A program made the translations under genes and the position numbers. Shown one piece after another: positions 1 through 10,832 of a stretch of 64,000 nucleotides of DNA (positions are counted from its first letter, which is position 1; each line of letters begins with the position of its first letter). This DNA is from Eledone cirrhosa (Eukaryota). Under the pieces are notes generated by a model that saw only the letters and a list, made by a program, of their open reading frames with translations, was not told the origin of the DNA and did no database searches. Location of the stretch: NCBI GenBank assembly GCA_964016885.1, contig OZ024747.1, positions 71,734,001 to 71,798,000 of the forward strand. Direction: 5' to 3'.

Positions 1-510
1 TATGAAGGATGACAGCTGCATAAAAAGGTGCAGAGCACTAGAAGTTGATGGAAACCGCAGAGTGGGGAGACCCAAGATGACTTGGGATGAGGTGATAAAA
101 GCCGACCTTACCCAACTACACCTCTCAAAGTCAATGACACACGATCGTGACTTCTGGCGTCACGCAGTAATACAGGGTACCCGACCTCCCATGGGTACAT
201 GCTGAAGCATATAAACAATATGCCCCCCCGCCCCCACCGCAAGGTGGCCGTGGAGGTGCCACGGCAAAAAAGCACCCAGCCCACACTGTAAAGTGGACGT
301 GTAGGCGCCACGAAAAAGCACCCAGCACTCACTGTAAATGAGGTTGGTGTTAGGAAGGGCATCCAGCTGTAGAAATCAAGCCAGATCAGTTCCTGTATGA
401 GCAAGGCATGGTCAGCCGACCAGACACTGCCCACAACAGGACAACCCGTCTAACCCATGCTAGCGTGGAAGAACGGACGTAAAACGGTGATGATGATGAT
501 GATGATGATG
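1..510 (+). mobile_element. RTE-clade LINE 3' end (ORF C-terminus, 3' UTR, (GAT)n tail)
   Basis: ORF 2-205 ends ...GNRRVGRPKMTWDEVIK, a typical RTE C-terminus. The UTR contains the repeated aaaaagcacccag module and ends in a gatgatgat tail at about 488-510. It is a near copy of 4758-5220 on the other strand. Confidence 0.9.
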
Positions 511-623
511 ATATATATGTATGTATATATATATATATGTATGTATATATATATATGTATGTATATATATATATATGTATGTATATATATATATGTATGT
601 ATATATATATATATATATGTATG

Positions 624-662
<39 letters not shown>

Positions 663-942
663 GTATGTATGAATTCATATAACTGCTCTGTAAATCATCT
701 GATGTTATTACATTGAGCTATTTAACTTACTGGTAATAAGGTAGTAATATATTACTGCCTACCACTATTTAGGGTTTATAAAAATATATATAACTGCAAA
801 AGGTTTTTGTATTTGCATAACCATAAATAGTATAATTAATACTGTATGTATGTATATATATATATGTATGTATATATATATGTATGTATATATATATATA
901 TGTATGTATATATATATATGTATGTATATGTATGTATGTATG

Positions 943-976
<34 letters not shown>

Positions 977-1026
977 TGTATGTATGTATGTATGTATGTA
1001 TGTATGTATGTATGTATGTATGTATG

Positions 1027-1058
<32 letters not shown>

Positions 1059-1086
1059 TGTATGTATATGTATGTATGTATGTATG

Positions 1087-1119
<33 letters not shown>

Positions 1120-1186
1120 AAGTATATATATGTATGTATATATAAGTATATATATGTATGTATATATAAATATATATATGTATGTA
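511..1186. repeat. (TA)n/(TATG)n microsatellites (511-670, 845-1186)
   Basis: Simple repeats read directly from the sequence. Confidence 0.95.
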
Positions 1187-1551
1187 TACAATATTAAATA
1201 AATGGAAACTATATTTATAAAACCATATTTATTTCATTATATATATTTCAGGGATATCATATTAACAATATGCTATGCCTTCCTCAGACAAAATACAATA
1301 TAAATAGTTTTATAGATAAATATATTTGACATACCGTAACAACATCGACTTGTATTTGAAAAGTGCCAAATCAACTTTTCAAATACAAGTCGATGTTGTT
1401 ACGGTATGTCAAATATATTTATCTATAAAACTGTCTATATTGTATTTTGTCTGAGGAAGGCATAGCATATTGTTAATATGATATCCCTGAAATATATATA
1501 ATGAAATAAATATGGTTTTATAAATATAGTTTCCATTTATTTAATATTGTA
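1187..1551. repeat. Foldback inverted repeat with 178-bp arms and a 9-bp spacer; putative Penelope-like pLTR or retrozyme fragment
   Basis: 1187-1364 is the reverse complement of 1374-1551 with about 2 mismatches. Each arm holds a hammerhead motif. Confidence 0.9.
1443..1508 (+). ncRNA. Type I hammerhead ribozyme motif (mirror copy 1230-1295 on minus)
   Basis: Stem I tattttgt/atgaaata; core CTGAGGA; stem II agg...cct enclosing catatt-gtt-aatatg; GAAA-tatata-TA with predicted AUA cleavage after 1500. Confidence 0.75.
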
Positions 1552-1648
1552 AATATACTCCAAATACTTGTCGAGTGCTTTTATATCAGTTATAAATATT
1601 TACTAGTTGTAACCCAACAATTTAAATATAACTTTCCATATATGTATG

Positions 1649-1693
<45 letters not shown>

Positions 1694-1719
1694 ATGTGTG
1701 TATATCTATATATACATAT

Positions 1720-2081
1720 TGAGAGTATTGGCCTTGCAATCGAAAGGTTGTGAGTTCAATTCTCAGACCGGATGATGTGTTGTTTCCTTGACCAAGACAC
1801 TTTATATCACATTGCTCCAGTTTACTCAGCTGTAGAAATGAGATGATAGGACTGGGGGTCCCTATCATTCCACTGCAAAGTGGTCGTGGAGGTTCCACGG
1901 CAAAAAAGCACCCAGCCCACACTGTAAAGTGGATGTGGCGGTGCAGCGGGAAAAAAGCACCCAGCACTCACTGTAAATGAGGTTGGTGTTAGGAAGGGCA
2001 TCCAGCTGTAGAAATCAAACCAGAATCAGTTCCCGTCCCACCCTTGCAAGCAGGGAAAAAGTGGACGTAAAATGAAATGAT
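1720..2081 (+). mobile_element. tRNA-derived SINE (family B) with an RTE-derived 3' tail, slightly 5'-truncated
   Basis: B-box-like gagttcaattc; central tttccttgaccaagacactttatatcacattgctccag; the 3' part matches the RTE 3' UTR at 240-490. Confidence 0.75.
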
Positions 2082-2084
2082 GTG

Positions 2085-2412
2085 TGCTCCCAGCTGTGGT
2101 CACCCCCATAGTATCAAACTAACCATGGAGCTTGAAGTATTCCAATGAAGCTACACCAAGAAGGTTGCCACGATGGAGATAAACTACTGGGAGAGTCTAA
2201 AAGAACTGAAACTCTACTCCTCGGATTGAAGATGGGAGAGATATGCAATGATATACATATGGAAAATCCTGGGGGACTAAGACCAAACTTTCGCATCGAG
2301 AGCTGGACCAATTCTCGAACAGGATGTCACTGTGTGGTACCAAAGGTCCCGTCTTCCACATCTAGAATCAGGAGCAGCTATTGCAATAGCCTGGGGTTCA
2401 AAGGCCCTCAAC
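2085..2412 (+). mobile_element. CR1/L2-group LINE 3' fragment
   Basis: Decayed frame reading CSQLWSP...YWESLKELKLYS...NSLGFKGPQL; homologous to 9395-9975. Confidence 0.75.
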
Positions 2413-2485
2413 TTGGTTTTCAAAATTTAAATTTGTGTTTCCTATTCATCAATGCTTCAAGTAAGCTATAAAACTCTGTTATATT

Positions 2486-2875
2486 TCATCATCATCATTT
2501 TATGTCAGTTCTTCTACGCTAGCATGGGTTGTCCTGTTGTGAACAGTGTCCGGTCGGCTGACCTTGTCTTGCTCATACGGGAACTGATTCTGTCTTGAGT
2601 TCTACAGCTGGATGCCCTTCCTAACACCAACTTCATTTACAGTGAGTGCTGGGTGCTTTTTTTTTTTTTTTTTTTGCTGTGGCACCTCCACGACCACTTT
2701 GCAGTGGAATGATAGGGACCCCAGTCCTATCATCTCATTTCTACAGCTGAGTAAACTGGAGCAATGTGAAATAAAGTGTCTTGCTCAAGGAAACAACACA
2801 TCATCCGGTCCGAGAATTAAACTCACAACCTTTCAATTGCAAGCCCAATGCTCTAACCACTGAGCCATGTGCCTT
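2486..2875 (-). mobile_element. tRNA-derived SINE (family B), full length, RTE-type tail
   Basis: Minus strand begins aaggcacatggctcagtggttagagc (A box), has a degenerate B box, then the RTE 3' UTR and a (GAT)n tail at about 2487-2498. Confidence 0.8.
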
Positions 2876-2879
2876 CTAT

Positions 2880-3862
2880 TGTTGGCAATGTTAGGTCAGG
2901 TGACCATGTCTTGCTCATAAAGAACTGATTTGGGCTTGGTTTCTACAGCTGGATGCCCTTCCTAATGCCAAGCTCATTTACAATGAGTACTGGGTGTTTT
3001 TTGTTGTGATTCCTCCACGACTACTTTACAGTGTAGACTGGGTGTTTTTTACCGTGTCACCATCACGACCACTTTACAGTGTTTCGGCCTGTCCTCCTGA
3101 AAGATATATTGGCAGGTGGGATGGAGTGGTGCATACCGTATGTATGTTTCAGCCTTGGCCTGGGCCCGTGGGAAGTTGGGGTTTCTGTATTACCTCATAA
3201 CGCCAGAGATCTTGGTCCTGTGTCATTGCCTTTCAGAGGTGCAATTGGGCCAGGTCGGCTTTTATCACTTCATCTCAAGTCTTTCTGGGACTTTATGTAG
3301 CTGTCATCCTTCATACGAATCACATGTCCATACCAACATAATCTCCTCTCCTGCACACAACATTTGATTCCTCTTATGCCTAGTTTCTCTTTCAGTTTGT
3401 TTATGGTTTGCTGTTCGCGTATATTACTATTACACATCCATCGGAGCATACAAGCTTCATTCCTTTCTAATCTACGCAAGTCTTCTACACACAGCGCCCA
3501 GCTCTCCCTACCATGCAACATTGCCGTTCATATGCACACATCATACAGTCTACCTTTTATTCTGAGAGAAAAGCCTTTTGTATCCAGCTGTGGCAGTAGC
3601 TCCCTCAACTTCTTCCATCCCGTTCTTTCAGAACACCCCCCCCCCCCCTCCGCTGCTAATTCGGTATTGTTTTTACCAAGTCCTCCCAGACTTTGATGTC
3701 ACTTGTTTTCAGTGATTGTTTGCTGCTTACTGTCCTGGTGCAACTGCTACATGTAAAGCCTACATTCTTAACTAAACTTCCTGAGATCCCACTACATCTC
3801 TTGTGTACCCATAGTTTGCATATGGAGCAGAGGATGGAGTTTCTACCTACACCTCTCCTACA
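2880..3862 (-). mobile_element. Decayed RTE LINE 3' fragment with internal deletions
   Basis: ORFs 3270-3521 and 3656-3937 match the C-terminus and Cys-rich region of the 5178-6905 protein. UTR remnants lie at 2880-3080. Confidence 0.85.
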
Positions 3863-3899
3863 TAATGAGCACACACACACACACATATATATATATATA

Positions 3900-4736
3900 C
3901 TAGCCGAATTACCAGTGCCTTGTTGCGTTTCACACATTTTTTTTGTAAGAAAATGATGATTGATTTTAAATGAGTGATATAATTTATGGAGAAAAACTCA
4001 ATATTACTCAATGTAAAATATAATGCATGAAAAATTGGAAAACATCATTTTTTGTAATATATCAAATCAAAATTGAATTATTAAATCTTATTCTTATTTT
4101 GTTTCTTGTAAATAATTTTTTTCAAAATATCAATTGAAAACTTTTGTGAATAGGCATCATATCTTGTCATTTACCTATGGTTTAAATTTCATATAAATCG
4201 AAAGGGAGAAGTTTTCAGCGGGGGTTTGTACCCCCGGGGAACCCTAATAGGGGGTTTAACCACCATTAAGGTGTCTTATAGTATTGAAATTTTGTGAATA
4301 GGCATCATATCTCTTCATTTATCTATGGTTTAAATTGCATATAAATCGAACCGAAAAAATTTTCAGCGGGGATTTTGTGCCCCCTGGTGAACCCTAATAT
4401 GGGGTTTAACCCCCATTAGGGTATTTTAATTTTATTGAAATTTGCTGGAATTTTGTGAATAGGCATCATATCTTGTCATTTACCTATGGTTTAAATTTCA
4501 TATAAATCGAAGGTAAAGTTTCAGCGGCGGTTTTGTGCCCCCGATGAACCCTTTGATTAAAATGAAATATACTTATACAAGTACCTTGAGCAATGTAGTT
4601 TCAGAATATATATGGTTATGGGGTCTATCTCCAAAACCATAGGAGGAGTTCGTAAAATCTTGTTCCATTTATTGGCCAAACTTTTCACTATAGGGCGTTT
4701 AACCCCCATTAGGGTGTCTTAATATTATTGAAATTT
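3900..4736 (-). mobile_element. Probable non-autonomous Helitron-like element with about 150-160-bp internal tandem repeats
   Basis: The minus strand ends ...ggtaattcggCTAG-T at 3900. The unit ttttgtgaataggcatcatatct... recurs at about 4142, 4290 and 4451. Confidence 0.5.
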
Positions 4737-4757
4737 GCACACACACACACATATATA

Positions 4758-7077
4758 TCATCATCATCATCATCACCGTTTTACGTCCGTTCTTCCACAC
4801 TAGCATGAGTTAGACGGGTTGTCCTGTTGTGGGCAGTGTCTGGTCGGCTGACCATGCCTTGCTCATACAGGAACTGATTTGGCTTGATTTCTACAGCTGG
4901 ATGCCCTTCCTAACACCAACCTCATTTACAGTGAGTGCTGGGTGCTTTTTTGCCATGGCACCTGCACGACCACCTTGCAGTGGGAGGGTGTCGGGGCATA
5001 TTGTCTATATGCTTCAGCTTGTACCCATGGGAGGTCGGGTACTCTGTATTACTGCGTGACGCCAGAGGTCACGGTCATGTGTCATCGCCTTTGAGAGGTG
5101 TAATTGGGTAAGGTCGGCTTTTATCACCTCATCCCAGGTCATCTTAGGTCTCCCCACTCCGCGGTTTCCATCGACTTCTATGCTCTGCACCTTTTTATGC
5201 AGCTGTCATCCTTCATACGCATCACATGTCCATACCAGCGCAACCGCCTCTCCTGCACACAGCATTTGATTCCTCTTATGCTCAGTCTCTCTCTCAATTC
5301 ATTTATGCTTTGTCGGTCGCGTATATTACTATTACACATCCATCGGAGCATGCAGGCTTCGTTTCTCTCTAATCTACGTAAGTCTTCCACCTTCAGTGCC
5401 CAGGTCTCACTACCATGTAACATTGCTGTTCGGATACATGCATCATACAGTCTGCCTTTCATTTTGAGGGAGAAGCCTTTTGCAGCTAGCAGTGGCAGTA
5501 GTTCCCTGAACTTCTTCCATCCCGTTCTTACCCTAGTTATTGTACTTTCTGAACACCCATCTCCGCTGCTAATTCGGTCACCTAGGTAGCAGAAGCTGTC
5601 TACTGTCTCTACAGAGCCCTCCCAGAGATTGGTGGTACTTGTTTCCTGTGGTTGTTTGCTGTTTGCTGTCCCAGTACAGCTGCTGCATGTGAAGCCTACA
5701 TTCTTAATTAAGCTTCCTGAGATCCCGCTACATCTCTTGTGTACCCATTGTTTGCATTTGGGGCAGAGAATGGAGTTCCTACCTACACCTTTCCTACATA
5801 CTGAGCAAGGCCATTTCCCTGAGGGGATCTGGGTTCTGTTTTCTCGTCTACTTACAAGGACCTTAGTCTTTGTCATGTTGACTTTGAGACCCTTTCTTTC
5901 TAGTCCCTGCTTCCAAATTTGGAATTTCTTCTCTAGTTCTACCATAGATTCAGCTATAAGTGCGAGGTCATCAGCATACAGGAGTTCCCATGGGCATCCG
6001 GTCTTAAACTCCTCCGTTATTGCCTGCAGGACTATGATGAACAGGAGAGGGCTAAGAACAGAGCCCTGGTGGACACCAACCTGTACGCTAAATTCCTCGC
6101 TAATCCTAACTTTGCTGACTGCTCCCCTATACATGGCTTGTACAGCTTTCACAAGCCATTCATCTACTCCTAGTTTTCTAAGAGCCCACCAGATTACAGT
6201 ACGTGGAACTCTGTCAAAGGCTTTCTCGAGATCGACGAATGCCAGGTAGAGTGGCTTACTTTTAGCTAGGTTTTTTTCCTGTAACTGCCTCACAAGGAAG
6301 AGCGCATCAGTGGTGCCTCTTCCTGGTACAAACCCAAATTGCATTTCATCTAGTTTCACCCGGTCCCTAATCAACTGTGCTATAACTCTTTCTGTTACTT
6401 TCATGACCTGGTCCATCAGCTTTATACCTCTATAGTTTCCTCTATCGAGTGCATCACCTTTACCTTTGTAGCAGTTGACAATGATGCTACTGCACCAATC
6501 GTTTGGTATGACACCTTCTAGTATTACCTGGTTAACAATACGTGTGGTTATAGTGTGACCTACAGACCCAGATGCCTTCAGCATCTCGGCAGCTATACCC
6601 GATGGACCAGTTGCCTTCCCCATCTTCATATCTTTGATTGCCTTACTTACTATGCTGCTGCTGACTTGAACTGCTGGCCCCTCTATAGGGTCTACTTGGG
6701 GTAGGGTCTCTTCTTCCCATGCATTCTCCTCATTTAGTAATCTATCATAATGACTCTTCCATGTATCTTTCTTCTCAGCACTTGTGAGGGCAAGCTCACC
6801 TTTATCATTCCGGATACACTTCTCTCCAATGACATCACAATTCTCTCTGACACTGCCTCGCAATCTTGAACACCTCCTGTTTCTGGTCCTCTCGTTGCAA
6901 AACATGCTTGAATTTTCTATCCTCTGCTAAGTATACTTGTCACCTAGCTTCCCTCTTGGTCTCTATGTAATGTACCCTGTTCCCCCATTCTTCCATTCTT
7001 TCCATGCCTGTCTCTTGGCCTTAACTGCCTCATCTACCTTATTGTTCCACCACCAAGTCACTCTCCTCCTGCTTGTG
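4758..7077 (-). mobile_element. RTE-clade LINE, 5'-truncated, inserted in CA/TA microsatellite
   Basis: RT ORF, 3' UTR and (GAT)n tail at 4758-4774. The 5' end abuts (TA)n at about 7082. No endonuclease domain is present. Confidence 0.95.
5178..6905 (-). pseudogene. RTE reverse transcriptase ORF (575 aa open) with an embedded C4HC3 PHD-like finger
   Basis: Motifs NYRGIKL, QFGF, FVDLEKAFD, GVHQGSVLSP, YADD and YLG. A 1-bp deletion at about 5180 relative to the copy at 1-205 creates the premature stop, and there are frameshifts upstream of 6905. Confidence 0.92.
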
Positions 7078-7079
7078 GT

Positions 7080-7120
<41 letters not shown>

Positions 7121-7287
7121 AATTAGTATATCTAGTAACATATATATACACAGATGCATACTTATGTTAGCAAATATATAGGTTTTGTCTTAGTAACTAT
7201 GTGGTTCAATGCATGGGGTTGCAGAACAATAATATGAGAGACGTAAAATAAGAAAATTATAAAATTAACTTACTTACTTAAATTTCA

Positions 7288-7367
7288 CTCCCAACTAATT
7301 AGTTTCTGAAAGGGATTAAACGTACTATCCGAAGAGAGCACGGAGAAGCCTTTCGTCATCAGGGAAG
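7288..7367 (-). ncRNA. Type I hammerhead ribozyme motif
   Basis: Reverse complement of 7657-7736. Confidence 0.75.
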
Positions 7368-7656
7368 TCTATTCTCAGCTAAGTTTCCAGGCAATACGTG
7401 GACACAGGGAACTTATACAAAAATAATTCAGTGGATGGAAAAAGCAAAGCGAGGACTAATTCCAAGCCATTGATAAAACCACTGCCTACTGCGTCGGTGG
7501 CAAATTCAAAAGAATCAATCAGTGGATAGTGGTTTGTTAGTAAGACAGCAGCCGTACTGTTACCATAGCAGCAGTTTTGGCCATTTTTGCTCGACAAATA
7601 TTTTTGTATAAGTTCCCTGTGTCCACGTTTTGCCTGGAAACTTAGCTGAGAATAGA

Positions 7657-7736
7657 CTTCCCTGATGACGAAAGGCTTCTCCGTGCTCTCTTCGGATAGT
7701 ACGTTTAATCCCTTTCAGAAACTAATTAGTTGGGAG
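7657..7736 (+). ncRNA. Type I hammerhead ribozyme motif with a long stem II capped by a cUUCGg tetraloop
   Basis: Stem I cttcc/gggag; CTGATGA; gaaagg/cctttc plus cgtgct/agtacg plus tc-TTCG-ga; GAAAC-taatta-GTT. The base of stem II is a non-canonical C-A. Confidence 0.78.
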
Positions 7737-8149
7737 TGAAATTTAAGTAAGTAAGTTAATTTTATAATTTTCTTATTTTACGTCTCTCATATTATTGTTC
7801 TGCAACCCCATGCATTGAACCACATAGTTACTAAGACAAAACCTATATATTTGCTAACATAAGTATGCATCTGTGTATATATATGTTACTAGATATCTAA
7901 TTCTTTATAATTATCTCCAAAACTGCTGCTATGGTAACAGTACGGCTGCTGTCTTACTAACAAACCACTATCCACTGATTGACTTCGATGTCACGTGATT
8001 GATTCTTTTGAATTTGCCACCGACACAGTAGGCAGTGATTTTATCAATGGCTTGGAATTAGTCCTCGCTTTGCTTTTTCCATCCACTGAATTATTTTTGT
8101 ATAAGTTCCCTGTGTTCACGTATTGCCTGGAAACTTAGCTGAGAATAGA

Positions 8150-8229
8150 CTTCCCTGATGACGAAAGGCTTCTCCGTGCTCTCTTCGGATAGTACGTTTA
8201 ATCCCTTTCAGAAACTAATTAGTTGGGAG
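8150..8229 (+). ncRNA. Type I hammerhead ribozyme motif (tandem copy)
   Basis: Same sequence as 7657-7736, 493 bp downstream. Confidence 0.78.
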
Positions 8230-8282
8230 TGAAATTTAAGTAAGTTAATTTTATAATTTTCTTATTTTACGTCTCTCATATA

Positions 8283-8326
<44 letters not shown>

Positions 8327-8374
8327 TACACAAACACACACACATATATAGCGAACACACACACATACAGTAGT

Positions 8375-9025
8375 GAAAGTACAGTAGCCACGGAGTAGGC
8401 AGACCCAGAAAAACCTGGGACGAGCTGATAAATTCCGACCTCACACACTTACACCTCTCCAAGACAATGTCACTGGACCGAGAGCTTTGGCGCTATACAG
8501 TAATAGAGAAGACCCGCCTTACTTAAGTACAAAGTAAAACCTACTACAGTCAGTAGGCATCTCTAACAAAATACACCCCCTGTCCCACCACCCCCACCCC
8601 ATCCACACCGCCCCTTTCAATGTAAAGTTATGTTGGTCCCACAAAATCGAGGCCGAAACAAATGAGATCGTGTAGGTGTCATGACAAAAAAAACACAGTC
8701 CACGCTGTAATGTGACCGTGTAGGCAACACGGTAAAAACCTCCCAGTCCCACACTGTAAATGTGGTTGGTGTTAGGAAGGGCATCCAGCTGTAGAAAACC
8801 TGCCAGACAGTCCACGCTGTAATGTGGCCGTGTAGGCAACACGGTAAAAACCTCCCAGCCCCACACTGTAAATGTGGTTGGTGTTAGGAAGGGCATCCAG
8901 CTGTAGAAAACCTGCCAGACAGTCCTATGCGAGCAAGACAACCACTCTTGCCTCAAGTGGGAAAACTCCCGTCCAAACCCATGCAAGCGTGGAACACAGA
9001 CGTTAAACGATGATGATGATGATGA
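8375..9025 (+). mobile_element. RTE LINE 3' end, related subfamily, with an internal duplication of about 113 bp in the UTR
   Basis: RVGRPRKTWDELI frame at about 8391; UTR modules; gatgat tail at 9009-9025; 8697-8807 is repeated at 8809-8924. Confidence 0.8.
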
Positions 9026-9255
9026 CACCCAAACACACACGCACATATATATATATATATACACAAACACACACACATATTTATATCTTTTAGCAGAGCA
9101 TTTTAATATTGCCACTCAATGAAAACCCTTTGTTTGGAATAAATGAATCTTGAAAATTAGGAGTGCCTGTCAGTGTGTATGTGTTTGTCTACTTAGCATC
9201 AATTTACTACCCTCCCCTACCACCAGAAAATACCACCATATTACATTGACAGTCA

Positions 9256-9305
9256 GCTTTTCTGATGATTTCCTCCAAATGAAACAGTTCTAGTCCTGTT
9301 GAAGC
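9256..9305 (+). ncRNA. Minimal hammerhead-like motif (family shared with 24.3 kb and 58.9 kb)
   Basis: CTGATGA-tttcctccaaat-GAAACAG-ttctagtc-CTGT-T-gaagc; stems I and II are weak. Confidence 0.5.
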
Positions 9306-9394
9306 CATTTCTATATTAAATATATATATATACTCTTGTAGCTGTTCCAGCCATCCGGCTGAGACCATGATTGGGCACTGCCCTTGTTGCTACA

Positions 9395-9975
9395 CATTCT
9401 ATCTCCAGCCTGTGTTGGCTGGCCATTGATGTAAGAGGGAGTTCGTTGCTGCTGCCCTTGGGTTACCTTCGTACCATGATGTGGGCTCATCCGGGATCCT
9501 GGATAACAGGGTGTCGAGAAGTTTCTTGAAAATATCCACGGCCACACCATGTAGATCTCTCAAATCCCTTGGCAGTTTGTTGAAGAGTTGAGGGCCTTTG
9601 AACCCCAGTCTATTGCAATATCTGCTTCTTGTTCTAGATGTGGAAGATGGGACCTTTGTCACCACACAGTGACGTCCTGTTCGGGGGTTGGTCCCGCTCT
9701 CAATACTAAAGTTTGGCGCTAGTCGTTCCAGGATTTTCCATATGTATATCACTGCATATCTCTCCCATCTTCGTTCCAAGGAGTAGAGTTTCAGTTCTTT
9801 TAGCCTCTCCCAGTAGCTCATCTCCTTCATCGTGCAATCCTCTTGGTGTAGCTTCGTTGGATTGTCTCAAGTTCCGTGGTTAGTTTGATACTATGGGGTG
9901 ACCACAGCTGGGAGCAATAGTCCAGGTGGCTTAGGACAAATGGCCTTCATAGTATCAACATGGTCTCCCGGTCTT
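9395..9975 (-). mobile_element. CR1/L2-group LINE 3' fragment
   Basis: HLDYCSQLWSP...SYWERLKELKLYSLERRWERYAVIYIWKIL...GPQLFNKLP (ORF 9399-9830). Confidence 0.85.
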
Positions 9976-10196
9976 TTATAAAACCTCAAATAAAAAGTCA
10001 AGATTTGTTTCGATTTAACAGAGCAGAAAGAATTCGCGTCAGAATATTCCAACCAATCCAGCCTATATCAGCTGAATAAATATGTATGTGGAGATACATA
10101 TATACACACCCACATGCACATATATATATATATATATATACACACATGCACGCACACACACATATATATATACACACACACTCAAACACACAGACA

Positions 10197-10832
10197 TACA
10201 TGCATGCATGCATACATGATGGCTTCCCCCTCGTTATCGAGTATGGCCATTGCACAATATACCATTATTAATAATTATTAATTAATTCTATCGTGCAAAT
10301 ACCTGTGCATGAAGATATATTTTAAAGTGAGGAAAGACTATGCACTGAGCCAATCCCACTCTCTGAGAGACAGTAGCTATAACCCGAAAAGAAGACAATA
10401 TCAACATCATCGGTTACTGAGCCACAGGTTTTATATCGGAGTTATCCCAGTTTCCTGGGTTGCCTTCTCCTAGAAGAATGCCCTGACAAAGGCTAGGGGT
10501 CCTTCACTCCCAGTGGTTTAACCGCGCGATCGGGTGTCCAGCCCGATTATTTCAATGTCCCCGCACATGTACATACACATGCACCCATGTATATACACAT
10601 ATACATACATATGTACATGTTTATATACATATTTACACACTTTTGGATGGCCGTTGACTCTTATGAGATCTTCCGCCCTTTGTCAGGTTTTGTTTTTTGT
10701 CCTGCAGGGTGTCCAAAATCACCCTCCTCACCAAGTAAACTTGGTGGGGTTGCCGGTTTAGTCGCCGACGACCCGACCATGCGACAGGTTGTACTGGGTT
10801 ACATGTTACCAATAGCACTCAAGAGTCATCCG
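10197..10832 (-). mobile_element. Short non-autonomous RTE/BovB-like derivative (5' UTR-like block plus 3' end and TATG tail)
   Basis: 10440-10832 matches 13690-13940. catgatggc at about 10215 resembles the LINE 3' end at 10851. Confidence 0.5.

Larger units (their letters stand above)
7114..8257. mobile_element. 493-bp hammerhead-bearing unit present as one inverted copy plus about 1.3 tandem copies (Penelope pLTR or retrozyme-like)
   Basis: 7114-7425 is the reverse complement of 7599-7909. 7426-7580 is the reverse complement of 7917-8091 apart from a small indel. CTGATGA recurs at 7662 and 8155. (TA)n flanks both sides. Confidence 0.85.

Noticed and set aside
457-1201. YI/MYV/HT-rich ORFs here and at many other sites
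   Set aside because: They are translations of TA, TATG, CA and trinucleotide microsatellites.
5104-6249. Plus-strand ORFs of 161 and 206 aa
   Set aside because: They are antisense shadows of the RTE reverse transcriptase frame.
1-7077. Inverted RTE copies as the ends of one composite transposon
   Set aside because: They are independently diverged tail-to-tail LINE insertions, each with its own tail.
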